Source: a virus
IMG/VR virus record: IMGVR_UViG_3300008113_000031
Span: 29,786 to 93,785 of that record
Reading direction: 5' to 3' (one strand)
DNA: 64,000 nucleotides
The notes under the pieces were generated by a model. That model saw only the letters and a list, made by a program, of their open reading frames with translations. It searched no databases and was not told where the DNA came from. Below are positions 29,912 to 40,368 of the stretch, one piece after another (positions within the stretch are counted from its first letter, which is position 1; every line of letters begins with the position of its first letter). Both the position numbers and the translations under genes were made by a program.

Positions 29912-32513
29912 AGTTTTAGAAACCTTTTCCTCTCAGAGTAGAAGGACTGTAAGTTCTCTTTTACAAAGTGTTAAAGGAGATAAAACCCAAATATCTGTTT
30001 TGGTTCAGAACTTAAGAAATTTTGACAATTCAGTAAACTATAGTCCGGCACTTGCTTTAAGTTACTCAACGATGAACGTTGAGTCCGTTCTTGAATTCTT
30101 TAGAGACTCTGGCTTACGTGTTTCTAGATTTTTTTCCGCTGCGTCTTCTATATCAAATATATTAAATTCAATGATGTCAATTTTTTCTTCAGAAATATCT
30201 AAACTAGAAAAAGATATACTATTCTTAGAAAATTTTATAGACAATTATCAATTTATAGTTGGTGAAGATGATTTGTTTAACTTTAATTATATTGAGAACT
30301 TTGATAATGATATAAATTCATTTAGCAGCGAAAGCGCTAATATGCCCTTAAACGATAGGGATGGAATTAACTTTGAACAAAATGGGAATTATAAAATAGA
30401 TACGGTGTTAAGTAAACTAACGATATCAAATGGATCTAATTTTATTAACCCAATTAATAATATTGCAAATATATCTGAGTACAATAACTATTCTGAATAT
30501 GCAACGAGTAGTACTGAATTCAATTTATTATTTAATGAAAGCAGGACTGATAACTGGTCCGTAACTGTCAAGTCTCCATTCCTACTGACCTCGTCTGTTC
30601 CACAGACTGCTAGATATATTACATATGATACCTCTTATATTAAGGGAGCGCAGTCGGTAAATACAGTTTCTTTTGTAACTCCAGTTGAAATGGACTTTAT
30701 AAGAATAACACCGAATGACTCTAGTGGCTTACAGCTCCTACAGGTTGTTTTAGAAAAAACAAATCCTATAGCATCAAATGCCTCAGGCTCAATACAAAAT
30801 GAGTATATTGACTTTCCTGTTCTTCACTCCCCACTACTTTTAAATAAACCAGTAGACGTTGTCTTTGAAAAATCAAGAGTTAAAAGTGTAAGTTTTATCT
30901 TTAATCAATCAAAATATACAAGAACTGAAAATACGCCTATTAGGCAAGAAGTAAACTCAAAAGCTTTAAGAGATATAGTTAATGCTAAAAAGAAAAATAA
31001 AAAATATAAATCGCTTACACTACAAGATATAGTATATTTTTACTTTAAAGGCAGATCAAATAACGTTGACGTAAGAAAAGATACCAGTCAATATTCTGAC
31101 TACTATTCAAATAGATATCCAATCTCTCAAGAGTATACAGATTTTGGTTTTATTGAAAAGCTGTATGGGTATTCAGACAGTGAAATAACTGCCAAGATCT
31201 CTGATATAACTGAAGAAAAAAATACAACAGCTATTGAAAACATAGTGCACAGTATTGTCCAGCATGTAATAGATGCCAGAAGTAATTTATTTAACACTAG
31301 AATATACCGCTCAACAAGAGCAAACGCAAATGATAATCTAATTTCTACAACGAGAACAGATGGGTTTATCCCTGTTAAAAATGATTATGAAACATATTCG
31401 CTTGACTTTCAAAGGCAAGATGCCCTATCTCCTGGTTTATCAGTTGAAGATGTCACTAAATACCTTGAAAGTAAAGAGATTTCTAATTCATATGAATATT
31501 CTTTTTCTTTAAATTCAATCTCATTTGGCCTTAATGAAAGTCAAACACAAAATAAAGCGTGTTTTATTTCTAAAAAAATAGAAATGAGTGGCGCTCCTTT
31601 AGGTGTCAAGGGTGTAGTTAACGTAGTAAAAGAAAGAAGAGATCTATCTTTTACTAGATATGACCTAAAGGAAGCCGGTTCATATGAGTTAAGTGTTAGC
31701 TGGAGTGATATGGTTAATTCAGAGTCGTCCTGGACACCTTTAATGGCTGAACTAGATGGAAAAATAGATTCTGAGGTTTTATTTTTTGATAATCTAAATG
31801 TCGCAACCCTAAGATTCGTTCCACTACCAGCGTCTATTAAGGTTTACAAAAATGGATTTTTAGAAAATCCAAATTTATGGTCATACTCTCAAATAGGAAA
31901 CTATATTAACTATTCAACAACAATTGACAGAAATTCTATTTATGTTGTTGAGTATGAAGTAGATTTAATTAATTATAAGCAAAATTTAGTAGACATAGAT
32001 TCTTTGTCTAATTCAAGATTTGCCGTTAGAGCGTATTCCTCGGATGGCACCCCTGGAGAAAAGTTCTTTGGAACAGGATCCGGAAACAGAATAATGCTAT
32101 CGCACATTCCTTTTATGGAAGATAAATTTGCAACAGCTGTTTATAACGATCTATACGGTACTATTAACACTACGGAGAACGTAGGTTATTCCCCCGTTAT
32201 AGTTACCCTGGATAACGGAACTGTTGCTGTAAACTTAACAAATTACACTAAGAACAGTTTTGAAAAAGGTTCTTTTTATAACACTGATCAATATTTATTC
32301 TTTCAAAGCGGAAAAGAATTGATATTTAATCAGCCTATAACAAATCAAGTTAGTGTAAAATATAGTTATATTCCTTCTTCTCTAAGATTTAGATTAATTA
32401 TAAGAAATAATATTCCTGGAATATATAATGGAATATCTGTTAATAATGTAGTTCTTAAGTGTAAGGTTAAAAATCTTGATCCATTCTCAGAAAAATTATT
32501 AAGGTTAAGTTGA
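29892..32513 (+). CDS. putative virion structural protein
   Basis: Long ORF in the tail module. GTG 29892 preferred over the track start at 29853. Confidence 0.6.
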   Translation: MLRQLPEVLETFSSQSRRTVSSLLQSVKGDKTQISVLVQNLRNFDNSVNYSPALALSYSTMNVESVLEFFRDSGLRVSRFFSAASSISNILNSMMSIFSSEISKLEKDILFLENFIDNYQFIVGEDDLFNFNYIENFDNDINSFSSESANMPLNDRDGINFEQNGNYKIDTVLSKLTISNGSNFINPINNIANISEYNNYSEYATSSTEFNLLFNESRTDNWSVTVKSPFLLTSSVPQTARYITYDTSYIKGAQSVNTVSFVTPVEMDFIRITPNDSSGLQLLQVVLEKTNPIASNASGSIQNEYIDFPVLHSPLLLNKPVDVVFEKSRVKSVSFIFNQSKYTRTENTPIRQEVNSKALRDIVNAKKKNKKYKSLTLQDIVYFYFKGRSNNVDVRKDTSQYSDYYSNRYPISQEYTDFGFIEKLYGYSDSEITAKISDITEEKNTTAIENIVHSIVQHVIDARSNLFNTRIYRSTRANANDNLISTTRTDGFIPVKNDYETYSLDFQRQDALSPGLSVEDVTKYLESKEISNSYEYSFSLNSISFGLNESQTQNKACFISKKIEMSGAPLGVKGVVNVVKERRDLSFTRYDLKEAGSYELSVSWSDMVNSESSWTPLMAELDGKIDSEVLFFDNLNVATLRFVPLPASIKVYKNGFLENPNLWSYSQIGNYINYSTTIDRNSIYVVEYEVDLINYKQNLVDIDSLSNSRFAVRAYSSDGTPGEKFFGTGSGNRIMLSHIPFMEDKFATAVYNDLYGTINTTENVGYSPVIVTLDNGTVAVNLTNYTKNSFEKGSFYNTDQYLFFQSGKELIFNQPITNQVSVKYSYIPSSLRFRLIIRNNIPGIYNGISVNNVVLKCKVKNLDPFSEKLLRLS

Positions 32514-32514
32514 T

Positions 32515-34752
32515 ATGACACAACTATCTACAAATACAGTCGTATATGATCAAATCATAGCTAAAGTTTCTAAGTTTATAATTGATTATAGGGAAAATAA
32601 ATTTCCAACAAATAAAAAGTTTCTTGAAGAATATCAAAATTTAATATCATTTTTAAATCAAAGGGTTTCTGGACCACTTACTGAATTTGTACCATACATC
32701 AAGGGTGAACCGCCAATATCTGAGAAATTCAATCAGTTCACCGCCAATTATTCTGACGACATTAATATAATATCCAAGCAGCTTGATTATCTTTCCGCTG
32801 GAGTTGTTAATTCTTTTAACTTGTTTAGTTCTGAAATTGAACAAGAAAATAAGTTCATGAACAGAATTAAAAGTAAAGTTAAAGTCCTTCAAATGTATTC
32901 CAGTGGACCTTCTAATGATCTTTATTATTTTGGAAATTCTTTTGATAGCTCTGATTACATAGATTTTTCTAAACTTAAAGATTCTACTGTGATGCCATTA
33001 ATAGATAATGGTCAAATGACACTATCAATTGGAGAGGTAAAAAATTGGGTCACAAAATATGTTTATATTGAACCAGTATCAAACGGCTATGCCGGCAATA
33101 ACCATGAGGCAATTAGACTAAGAGATACCGACTTAGATTATCAATATGTATTTAAGGATACTCCAACCGCTAGAAATAAAGAAAACGTAAGAGACAATAA
33201 TCCAACTACATTTTTTGAGTACGAGCAAATTAATATAAAAAACAAACCCGCTACAGCAAGAGACTTTGAGTTTAAATATATTAATTCTTCAACTGGAGCT
33301 TCTAATACTTCCTATGACGACTGGTCAACTTTTAAGGGCAACAGTTTGACCTTATCTTTAACTATGGAAGCAGAGTACGCTCAACCAGCTAACTTCATAA
33401 ATATTCTTCCTTATTTTGGAAGCGGCAGTTCAATTACTAAAGATGTAAAAATAACAAAGATAGAAATTACTGACGAAAAAAATGCAGTTGAAAATATAAT
33501 ACCTGAACCAATATGGATAAGCTCTAGTTTTATACCATCTTCTTTGGATCAGGCAAAATACTTCTTCTATAGAGAAGCAAAAATAAGGTTTGAAGAAAGA
33601 AGTCTAAAAAAAGTTCAAATAACATTTGAGCAATCACAATCTTCTGATGTAAAAATTAAACACTTGTACTATAAGCCAGACTCAACAACTAGGGCTGGAA
33701 ATCCGTACTATGGTCAATTAAGGTTTAATCCAGAAGATCCCTCAATAGTACAAGGCCTTCTATTTCCAAATATACCATGGTCTTCAAAAGAGTATGATAT
33801 TAGGACTTTGATCCCAAGTATCAATACTCCAAATATTTTAAAGTCTGAAGTTAATAACACAAACTCTATAGACATAAGGCTTCAAAGAACTATACCAAAA
33901 TTAAATGGATACTGCGTTCAGGCTGTTGGTCTAGATGGAAAAATCTACAGAATAACAAATAGATTTTTTGAAAATTTTAACGAAGAAATATTACGTCTTA
34001 CTGACTATAATTCTATTAGCAATTCAAATAGAAGCACTTACATGTCTGACGCAAGTGTTATTAGTAATTCAACAGATGAATCATCACCATATATTAGCTC
34101 TTCTACTTCTAGCGACCTAACTCCAACACTAGATAAAATAGTGACTTGGTTTAATACATTTAATAATGATGGATCTTCTGCTGACAAGTATAGAAAATTT
34201 GATCTAACACCTGGATCAGTAAGAAGAGTAGAGACCAACAGTCAAGACACAGAAACTGAAACAAAAAGCTTTAAAGTTAATTTAATTAGACAATATGAAA
34301 TGTTGGACGCAGAAAGAAGATCAATAGGCCTAAGAGATGTTTCTATTGGACTTGAACAATATTCCGAAACTGCCCAAGTTGTATCTAAAAGATATGATGT
34401 TCCATCAGAGATAGAATATATTACACTTTCCGCAGAATCTGCTTTTTCTGGTATAGTTACAGCCGATATAAACGATTATATTGAATACAGTTTGTCTTTT
34501 GACGACGGTGCTAATTGGGTAAAAATATCGTCTATTGAAAGTCCATTTAAAAATACTCCAGAAGTATTAGCAATTAATCAAAATATTGAAGAGAGATTTA
34601 GGCTTCCTGGAGTTAGCTATTTATTCCCGCCAAAGATACCTGCTTCAGTAAAGAATTTCTTGCTGAAGATAGACATGAAAAAACCATTATCTAAAAATAT
34701 AACACCAATATTATATTCTTATAAAGTAGGCGTAAAGGTTAAGCAAATATGA
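32515..34752 (+). CDS. putative virion structural protein
   Basis: 745-aa ORF, N-terminal helical then beta-rich; C-terminal YSLSFDDGANWVKI..TPILYSY pattern. Confidence 0.6.
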   Translation: MTQLSTNTVVYDQIIAKVSKFIIDYRENKFPTNKKFLEEYQNLISFLNQRVSGPLTEFVPYIKGEPPISEKFNQFTANYSDDINIISKQLDYLSAGVVNSFNLFSSEIEQENKFMNRIKSKVKVLQMYSSGPSNDLYYFGNSFDSSDYIDFSKLKDSTVMPLIDNGQMTLSIGEVKNWVTKYVYIEPVSNGYAGNNHEAIRLRDTDLDYQYVFKDTPTARNKENVRDNNPTTFFEYEQINIKNKPATARDFEFKYINSSTGASNTSYDDWSTFKGNSLTLSLTMEAEYAQPANFINILPYFGSGSSITKDVKITKIEITDEKNAVENIIPEPIWISSSFIPSSLDQAKYFFYREAKIRFEERSLKKVQITFEQSQSSDVKIKHLYYKPDSTTRAGNPYYGQLRFNPEDPSIVQGLLFPNIPWSSKEYDIRTLIPSINTPNILKSEVNNTNSIDIRLQRTIPKLNGYCVQAVGLDGKIYRITNRFFENFNEEILRLTDYNSISNSNRSTYMSDASVISNSTDESSPYISSSTSSDLTPTLDKIVTWFNTFNNDGSSADKYRKFDLTPGSVRRVETNSQDTETETKSFKVNLIRQYEMLDAERRSIGLRDVSIGLEQYSETAQVVSKRYDVPSEIEYITLSAESAFSGIVTADINDYIEYSLSFDDGANWVKISSIESPFKNTPEVLAINQNIEERFRLPGVSYLFPPKIPASVKNFLLKIDMKKPLSKNITPILYSYKVGVKVKQI

Positions 34753-36908
34753 GTATATCAGAAATACAAAAAAGAAAATTTCTAGAGAACCTTTATAGGT
34801 CGCTTTATTCTTCTGGGGTAAATGAATCCGATAGAGTCTCAAGGCAGCCAAATGATGATGAGATTAAAAAGGAATTTGACAGATATTTTACTGCAAATAG
34901 AATTGGTGCTCCTCTCAGAGTTGATCCAACAGTATTAAGAAATACAAGAGTCACCAATCCGGACATAATGAATGAATTTATGGCTAGATATATTTTTAAT
35001 CTTGATGTTCTATATGATTCCATAGACGACAATACTGAAAAACTCATGGACTCAATAACTTATTTAAATAAGAAAATGGATTTTTTAAAACAAAAAAGAA
35101 TTGATTTAGAAAAAAAGATAGATTCAATTCTTTTTACCACATCAAACACAGATGGATTCTTTTATTCTTTTTCAGAAAGTTTTGCAAATTTACAAAACGT
35201 AGATCTATCACTAACCAATGCTTTTGTTGATATCGAAAATAGAAAAACAACGTTACCTAAGTTTAAATCAAATGTCTTAGATTTTAATGCGCCTGGAAAA
35301 ATTAATTATTCTAATGTTCAGTACAGAATAATGTTTAACGGAAACGTTGCGGTACAAGACAGACAAATGCCAGATGTAAACAACATGTTTGACGGACTAA
35401 ATAATACTATGTCAAAAGTAGATTTTGAGTCTGACGTTATAGGCCCATGTGCTTTGATATTAAGTATACCTTTAGATGTTCCATTTGTGATATCAAAAGT
35501 AGACGGTAGAATGTCAACAGGATCTGCGGTAACTACAGTCGTAGAGCTTATTACTCAACAAGATAACAACGCTTCTCAATTTAGAAGAAAGCAGTCAAGC
35601 TCAGATTACGATAAATTTTCTTTTGATTTTGATCCACAATTATCTGGTAATTTAAGAATTACTTTAATAAAATATGAACCAGATTATGTTGATACATCTA
35701 ATTCAAGAAATAAATATAAATACTCATTCTGCATTAGAGACCTCATTGTTAGTGGGCAGTATTACGACACTAGCGCCACGTTAGTTAGCTCCCCAATTTC
35801 AATACCAGCAGGCGATGCAAATAAAATAATCGATGCGGTTAGTATTGAAGCAGCAAATGCAAATCCTAATGTTGGTAATATTAATTTCTTTGTAGCAGAG
35901 AATGTAGAAAATGCTAGTGGTTTATCAGATTTTAACTGGATTCCAATTTCGTCCTCTACATCAAACACTTCTTCATTTGATCAGGTTATTTCTTTTTCTA
36001 GATCTAATAAGATGTTTAAAAATATTAAAACATCTCCGTCAAGTAATGAGTTAAAACTATACGACCTATCTACTAGCAATAACCTTTCTTTAAAGAACCC
36101 TTCAAATTCTATTTACAATGGTATATCAGTTTACAGAATAGCAAAACTACAAGAACAACAGTCTCCGTATAACTCATATCTTTTAGACTCTGTTAACTCT
36201 TTTAGTTTTAAATATACATCTTATTCAAATGGCTTGTACTTAGATACAAATAGATGGTCTTCTATAATTAATAAAACATTAGAAAATGTTCAGGTTTTTG
36301 AACCTGGAAATATACCAATTACAAATAGTCCTTCTATACCAATATCTTTAAATCTTACTGGAATAAGCGGCTTCCTGCAAACATCTATTTTGGTTGATGA
36401 AGACACCGAAGCTGTAAATTCAATATCAAAATCAGACACATCTGTTAATTGGGATATGGCCGTTTACTTAAACGGAACACTGCTAGCGGACATACCATCT
36501 GGAGTTTCAAGGGCAGAAGTTAACTGGTCATTTAAGAAGGGCGTTAACAATATTGTCGTCACCTTTGATGCTTCAGGAACTTCTTCTGGATCAATATCTT
36601 TAATGAGCGGCGTTTCAATAACTAATTATGGAGTTCCTTTTGTTAAATATTATTCCTATGTTGATCCGTTTGACTTCAGAATTAATAGAAATGAACAAGA
36701 TTTAGTTTTCACTATAGACAATTACCTTGGAAATAATGAAATATTTTGCAGATCTCAAATAAGTAATAATTCAAGAATTGTTTTTCAGAGCAATGTAACC
36801 AATCCAGTAAAAGCAGTGCGTTTTAGAGCAGACTTTTCAAGATTCTCTAGTCCTTTTGGAACTCCAGCTCTAGAGTCTTATAGAATTAAATTTAAAAATA
36901 GTAACTAG
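34749..36908 (+). CDS. putative virion structural protein
   Basis: 719-aa ORF with ATGA overlap; architecture resembles the neighbours (ends TPALESYRIKF). Confidence 0.6.
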   Translation: MSISEIQKRKFLENLYRSLYSSGVNESDRVSRQPNDDEIKKEFDRYFTANRIGAPLRVDPTVLRNTRVTNPDIMNEFMARYIFNLDVLYDSIDDNTEKLMDSITYLNKKMDFLKQKRIDLEKKIDSILFTTSNTDGFFYSFSESFANLQNVDLSLTNAFVDIENRKTTLPKFKSNVLDFNAPGKINYSNVQYRIMFNGNVAVQDRQMPDVNNMFDGLNNTMSKVDFESDVIGPCALILSIPLDVPFVISKVDGRMSTGSAVTTVVELITQQDNNASQFRRKQSSSDYDKFSFDFDPQLSGNLRITLIKYEPDYVDTSNSRNKYKYSFCIRDLIVSGQYYDTSATLVSSPISIPAGDANKIIDAVSIEAANANPNVGNINFFVAENVENASGLSDFNWIPISSSTSNTSSFDQVISFSRSNKMFKNIKTSPSSNELKLYDLSTSNNLSLKNPSNSIYNGISVYRIAKLQEQQSPYNSYLLDSVNSFSFKYTSYSNGLYLDTNRWSSIINKTLENVQVFEPGNIPITNSPSIPISLNLTGISGFLQTSILVDEDTEAVNSISKSDTSVNWDMAVYLNGTLLADIPSGVSRAEVNWSFKKGVNNIVVTFDASGTSSGSISLMSGVSITNYGVPFVKYYSYVDPFDFRINRNEQDLVFTIDNYLGNNEIFCRSQISNNSRIVFQSNVTNPVKAVRFRADFSRFSSPFGTPALESYRIKFKNSN

Positions 36909-36917
36909 GAATTAACT

Positions 36918-37319
36918 ATGGCAAAAACTTATACTGAACTTAAAAGAATTATACAACCCTTATTTCAAAGATACCGCACTGTTTTTAGGGGTCCAAGAAA
37001 TTCTGAGCTAGAAAACATGGAAATAAACAAAATGCTTATCGACATGCACAGGCTTGATGAATATATTTTAAATATAGATAATAGAATTTATGATGAGCAA
37101 AGAATATTTATAGGGCAAATTGATCCAGAAAAAGCTCAGATACATGGGGAATATGATGACGGAAAGTACTATATATTTAGTGATGTTCAGGTTGAATATT
37201 ATGGCGACTCAGCTACTCCAGACTATTTACAAATAGACACTATCGACACAGCTGCATCAAAAATTAGTAGACTGTCTAGAAAAATAACTATGCTAGAAAA
37301 AAGAAGGCTAAACGGATAA
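36918..37319 (+). CDS. hypothetical virion protein
   Basis: 133-aa ORF with SD AGGA; N-terminal RGPRNSELEN resembles the next gene's NGPVDSADHN. Confidence 0.6.
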   Translation: MAKTYTELKRIIQPLFQRYRTVFRGPRNSELENMEINKMLIDMHRLDEYILNIDNRIYDEQRIFIGQIDPEKAQIHGEYDDGKYYIFSDVQVEYYGDSATPDYLQIDTIDTAASKISRLSRKITMLEKRRLNG

Positions 37320-37320
37320 A

Positions 37321-38574
37321 ATGTCTGAATTTATATACACTCAAAAAAGAACTAGGCAATACAATGGTCCCGTCGATAGCGCTGACCACAATGCAAGAAT
37401 AGAGGAAAACTATAAGGATCTAGTTTATTTATATAATAAATATAATGTAACTGATCAAAAGTTATCAGAAGCTTTTCAAAGAGTTTTGAAAGATCATATA
37501 TTTTTAAATCAGTATATTAAAGATATGGATGACAGAATTCTGGCGCTTGAATCATCTGAAAACCTTATATCTATTCATAGTTATTCTCAGATTGACAATA
37601 TAGCGATTCCCAATGGAGAAGGCGGCATTCAGGCTGATGAGGTTTTGTCGTATGATCCGGTTTATAATATCGTTACGCTTCCAAGAATAGATGGCGCTTC
37701 GCATTCTAAATTAAAATTTTTTACCAATATAGATGGGCAAATTATTCCTGATTTCTTTGAGACAAAGATATCAAATACTCTGCCCGGTGTTGATACTCAG
37801 GGGGCAATACTTGATAGCAACAACGTGTACAATGCGATTTTAGATAGATCAGACAAATACTGGAAGAGAAGTATAATAACAGACACAACTTCTCCATATG
37901 GTGCACAGACATACGTTTACGTTAAGATCCCAGCAGAATATACTGGATCAAAAAAGACTAATTATATAAAACTAAATCCATTTCCTTTGTTTGGTGTTGA
38001 CATTTTATCTATTGAATACACAACTAACTTAAATCCAACTATGTCTGAGTCAGATGGTTGGTACCCATTAAATAGAGACAGGCTTTATGACGGTAACACA
38101 GAGGCCGTTGGTAAAGTTCCGCCTGGCGCTTGGACAACTTTGGGTTCTGACTATATTTTAAATTCTGGACCATTAGCGTTTTATTTCCCAGAATTGGAAA
38201 TTACAGCCATTAGGTTTGTTATGAGGCAGAAAAACTATCTTATTGAAAATAATAAAAAAGTTTATACATATGGTTTAAGCGATCTTGATATAAGATATGA
38301 TAAGTTCCTACCATCTGGTAGAATGATATTTAGATTTGATGCACCAGAGGGTGATCTAATTAACTCTATTGTCAGTGTAACCCCTAGAATTTACAATGTT
38401 TCACCTGCTTTATTATCTCAGGTGTTTAATCATAGGGTGATATATCAAGATGGTTCTATCTATACCTTAGAAAACCCTGGATCTTCCAGTACCGTTTGGA
38501 TAGAAGTTACTTTAAATCAGCTTGCAGACGGAACTGCTCCCGTACTGTCTGATTTAATCGTAAATTATAACTAA
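37321..38574 (+). CDS. putative virion structural protein
   Basis: 417-aa ORF, operonic spacing. Confidence 0.6.
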   Translation: MSEFIYTQKRTRQYNGPVDSADHNARIEENYKDLVYLYNKYNVTDQKLSEAFQRVLKDHIFLNQYIKDMDDRILALESSENLISIHSYSQIDNIAIPNGEGGIQADEVLSYDPVYNIVTLPRIDGASHSKLKFFTNIDGQIIPDFFETKISNTLPGVDTQGAILDSNNVYNAILDRSDKYWKRSIITDTTSPYGAQTYVYVKIPAEYTGSKKTNYIKLNPFPLFGVDILSIEYTTNLNPTMSESDGWYPLNRDRLYDGNTEAVGKVPPGAWTTLGSDYILNSGPLAFYFPELEITAIRFVMRQKNYLIENNKKVYTYGLSDLDIRYDKFLPSGRMIFRFDAPEGDLINSIVSVTPRIYNVSPALLSQVFNHRVIYQDGSIYTLENPGSSSTVWIEVTLNQLADGTAPVLSDLIVNYN

Positions 38575-38591
38575 ACATAGCAATATTCATA

Positions 38592-38600
38592 ATTACTATA
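38592..38600 (+). promoter_or_regulatory. candidate phage promoter element ATTACTATA
   Basis: Intergenic, 31 nt before ATG 38632; the same 9-mer lies 31 nt before ATG 63807. Confidence 0.3.
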
Positions 38601-38631
38601 TAAGCTTAAGAGCTTATCCAAGGAGACTAAA

Positions 38632-39264
38632 ATGGCTACTTTTTATGTAGGACCTCGTCCTGTACTTAAGGGTCAAAACACCGCACAAATGGTCAATCCA
38701 TATACCACAATGACTGGTAAGGCCAAGGGTGCGGGGACCTATTCATATTATCCGCTGTACAGCACCAGCCATATTCTAGATGGTGCACCAGATAACCACC
38801 ACGTTCCTGGAACTGGTCGTCATCCTGGCAACGTACTGCTTTCACAGATTTTTAATGGCACCACTCTTTATGTTCACCCACTGTCTGGCACTTTTTCTGA
38901 TGGTGTTGGCTATGATGGTGCAAGATTCCGTCCAATGGAGTACAAGGGTCTTGCAGGCTCTGCAGCATTCCCAAGTGGTTTTGGCCACGCTGATAGAGTA
39001 AGCGACTACAGCTACAATAACTATATCTTTGATGGCGTTAGTTCTGCAAATGTTTTTGCAAATACCGGTCATGCTCCAAGAACCGATGCCGAAGGCGCTC
39101 CTGCTTCATTTGGATCTTTCAGACCAGACGAGTATAATGGTTTAGCTAGCACAAAAGTTTTTACTGCTGGCTACGGACAGGCTATCCCAACTGATTATGA
39201 CAACGAATATGGCAAAAACAAAGTTCAAGAATGGAGAGGCGTACCCTCTTCAAGAGCTCTCTAA
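38632..39264 (+). CDS. hypothetical Gly/Tyr-rich protein, probably an abundant virion protein
   Basis: Strong SD AAGGAG, higher GC than neighbours, 210 aa. Confidence 0.65.
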   Translation: MATFYVGPRPVLKGQNTAQMVNPYTTMTGKAKGAGTYSYYPLYSTSHILDGAPDNHHVPGTGRHPGNVLLSQIFNGTTLYVHPLSGTFSDGVGYDGARFRPMEYKGLAGSAAFPSGFGHADRVSDYSYNNYIFDGVSSANVFANTGHAPRTDAEGAPASFGSFRPDEYNGLASTKVFTAGYGQAIPTDYDNEYGKNKVQEWRGVPSSRAL

Positions 39265-39517
39265 TTATTTTAGCTCTCCCATTAACCTAGAAAAAGACGC
39301 TAGGTTAACGGGTTTAATTGGATGGGCAGCTTTGGTAGCTTTTGTTGTTGGATATGATTTATTCGCAATTAAAAGTCAAAAAGCAGAAACTCTAACAAGA
39401 AGTTTTTGGAGACTGTCAGAGGGAAAAGTTTCTAAGTTTCCAGTTCTCGCAGCTTGGATGATCGTAACAGCTCATCTAGTTATAGAGAAAGATGTTAGAA
39501 GAAAAATAGTCAAATAG
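39197..39517 (+). CDS. small membrane protein
   Basis: Two hydrophobic segments (LIGWAALVAFVVGYDLF; FPVLAAWMIVTAHLVI); start uncertain. Confidence 0.55.
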   Translation: MTTNMAKTKFKNGEAYPLQELSNYFSSPINLEKDARLTGLIGWAALVAFVVGYDLFAIKSQKAETLTRSFWRLSEGKVSKFPVLAAWMIVTAHLVIEKDVRRKIVK

Positions 39518-39571
39518 CTTTCATAGGCAAATTATTTCAACCTACGGTGGTATACTATTGTAGGCGGAGGT

Positions 39572-39610
39572 AGAGAAATTCCCGCTCATTGAGCGGGTTT
39601 TTCTCTTTTA
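39572..39610 (+). terminator. Rho-independent terminator ending the structural module
   Basis: CCCGCTC-ATT-GAGCGGG hairpin followed by TTTTTCTCTTTT; the stem extends with upstream AGAGAAA. Confidence 0.8.
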
Positions 39611-39660
39611 TGAACGCTTTTATAGGTTTGACTAAGTTTAAGTAGAGGTATAAGGGTTAT

Positions 39661-40368
39661 ATGATAATTGAGGATCTGCAAAAGGTTGTCAGTGGAGAAT
39701 CACTGCCTACAAATGTAGCAGACATGTACCTGAGAATATATGTTTCGGACATAGACTGGAAGCCGCACATTGCTAAGCACTGGTCTAATACAAAAAATAA
39801 AATGTCAGAAGAAGAACAAGCTAAAATGCATGTTAGAAAAACAATAGCTTGCGCCAGCCTTATTCCGTTGTATGACAAAAAGGTGATTCCAGATCCTCCA
39901 CAGAACCTTTTATTCTGGTGTCCGACTTGGTCTCAGTTCAATGAAAGAGACTGGGTTGATCTGTATAAAAAAGTTATAGAAGATGATATAAAAGTCAGAA
40001 ACTATAGGAAGAAACTATTGTCTTATGGTGTTGTAGATTCAATAGATTATTTACCGCTTACCAGACAGGCTTTTAACTGGCTATATAGCAAGGCAGAAGA
40101 TGCTAGAGCTATAACAGACAATAAAGAAGACTTAATCAAAAAGTTTGAAAACCTAGTTAAGATATACGGCGGTGCAGTTATATGTAACGTGTTTGCTAAG
40201 CACGAAAATAACGTAGCAAAAGTTCTCAACTGGAGAAGTGGATATTTTATAGAAAAAGAAATATACAAAATCTACAGTCCAGAACAAATATGCAAGATAA
40301 AACAAACGGAAATATCCAGAATAGATCCTAAGTACGTAAAAAAATTAACCAAAAACAAGGAGTCATGA
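39661..40368 (+). CDS. hypothetical protein
   Basis: 235-aa ORF. Confidence 0.7.
   Translation: MIIEDLQKVVSGESLPTNVADMYLRIYVSDIDWKPHIAKHWSNTKNKMSEEEQAKMHVRKTIACASLIPLYDKKVIPDPPQNLLFWCPTWSQFNERDWVDLYKKVIEDDIKVRNYRKKLLSYGVVDSIDYLPLTRQAFNWLYSKAEDARAITDNKEDLIKKFENLVKIYGGAVICNVFAKHENNVAKVLNWRSGYFIEKEIYKIYSPEQICKIKQTEISRIDPKYVKKLTKNKES

Noticed and set aside
39628-39654. TTGACT...TATAAG as a sigma70 promoter for the 39661 gene
   Set aside because: The spacer is only 15 nt and the -10 lies very close to the start codon; too weak to call.
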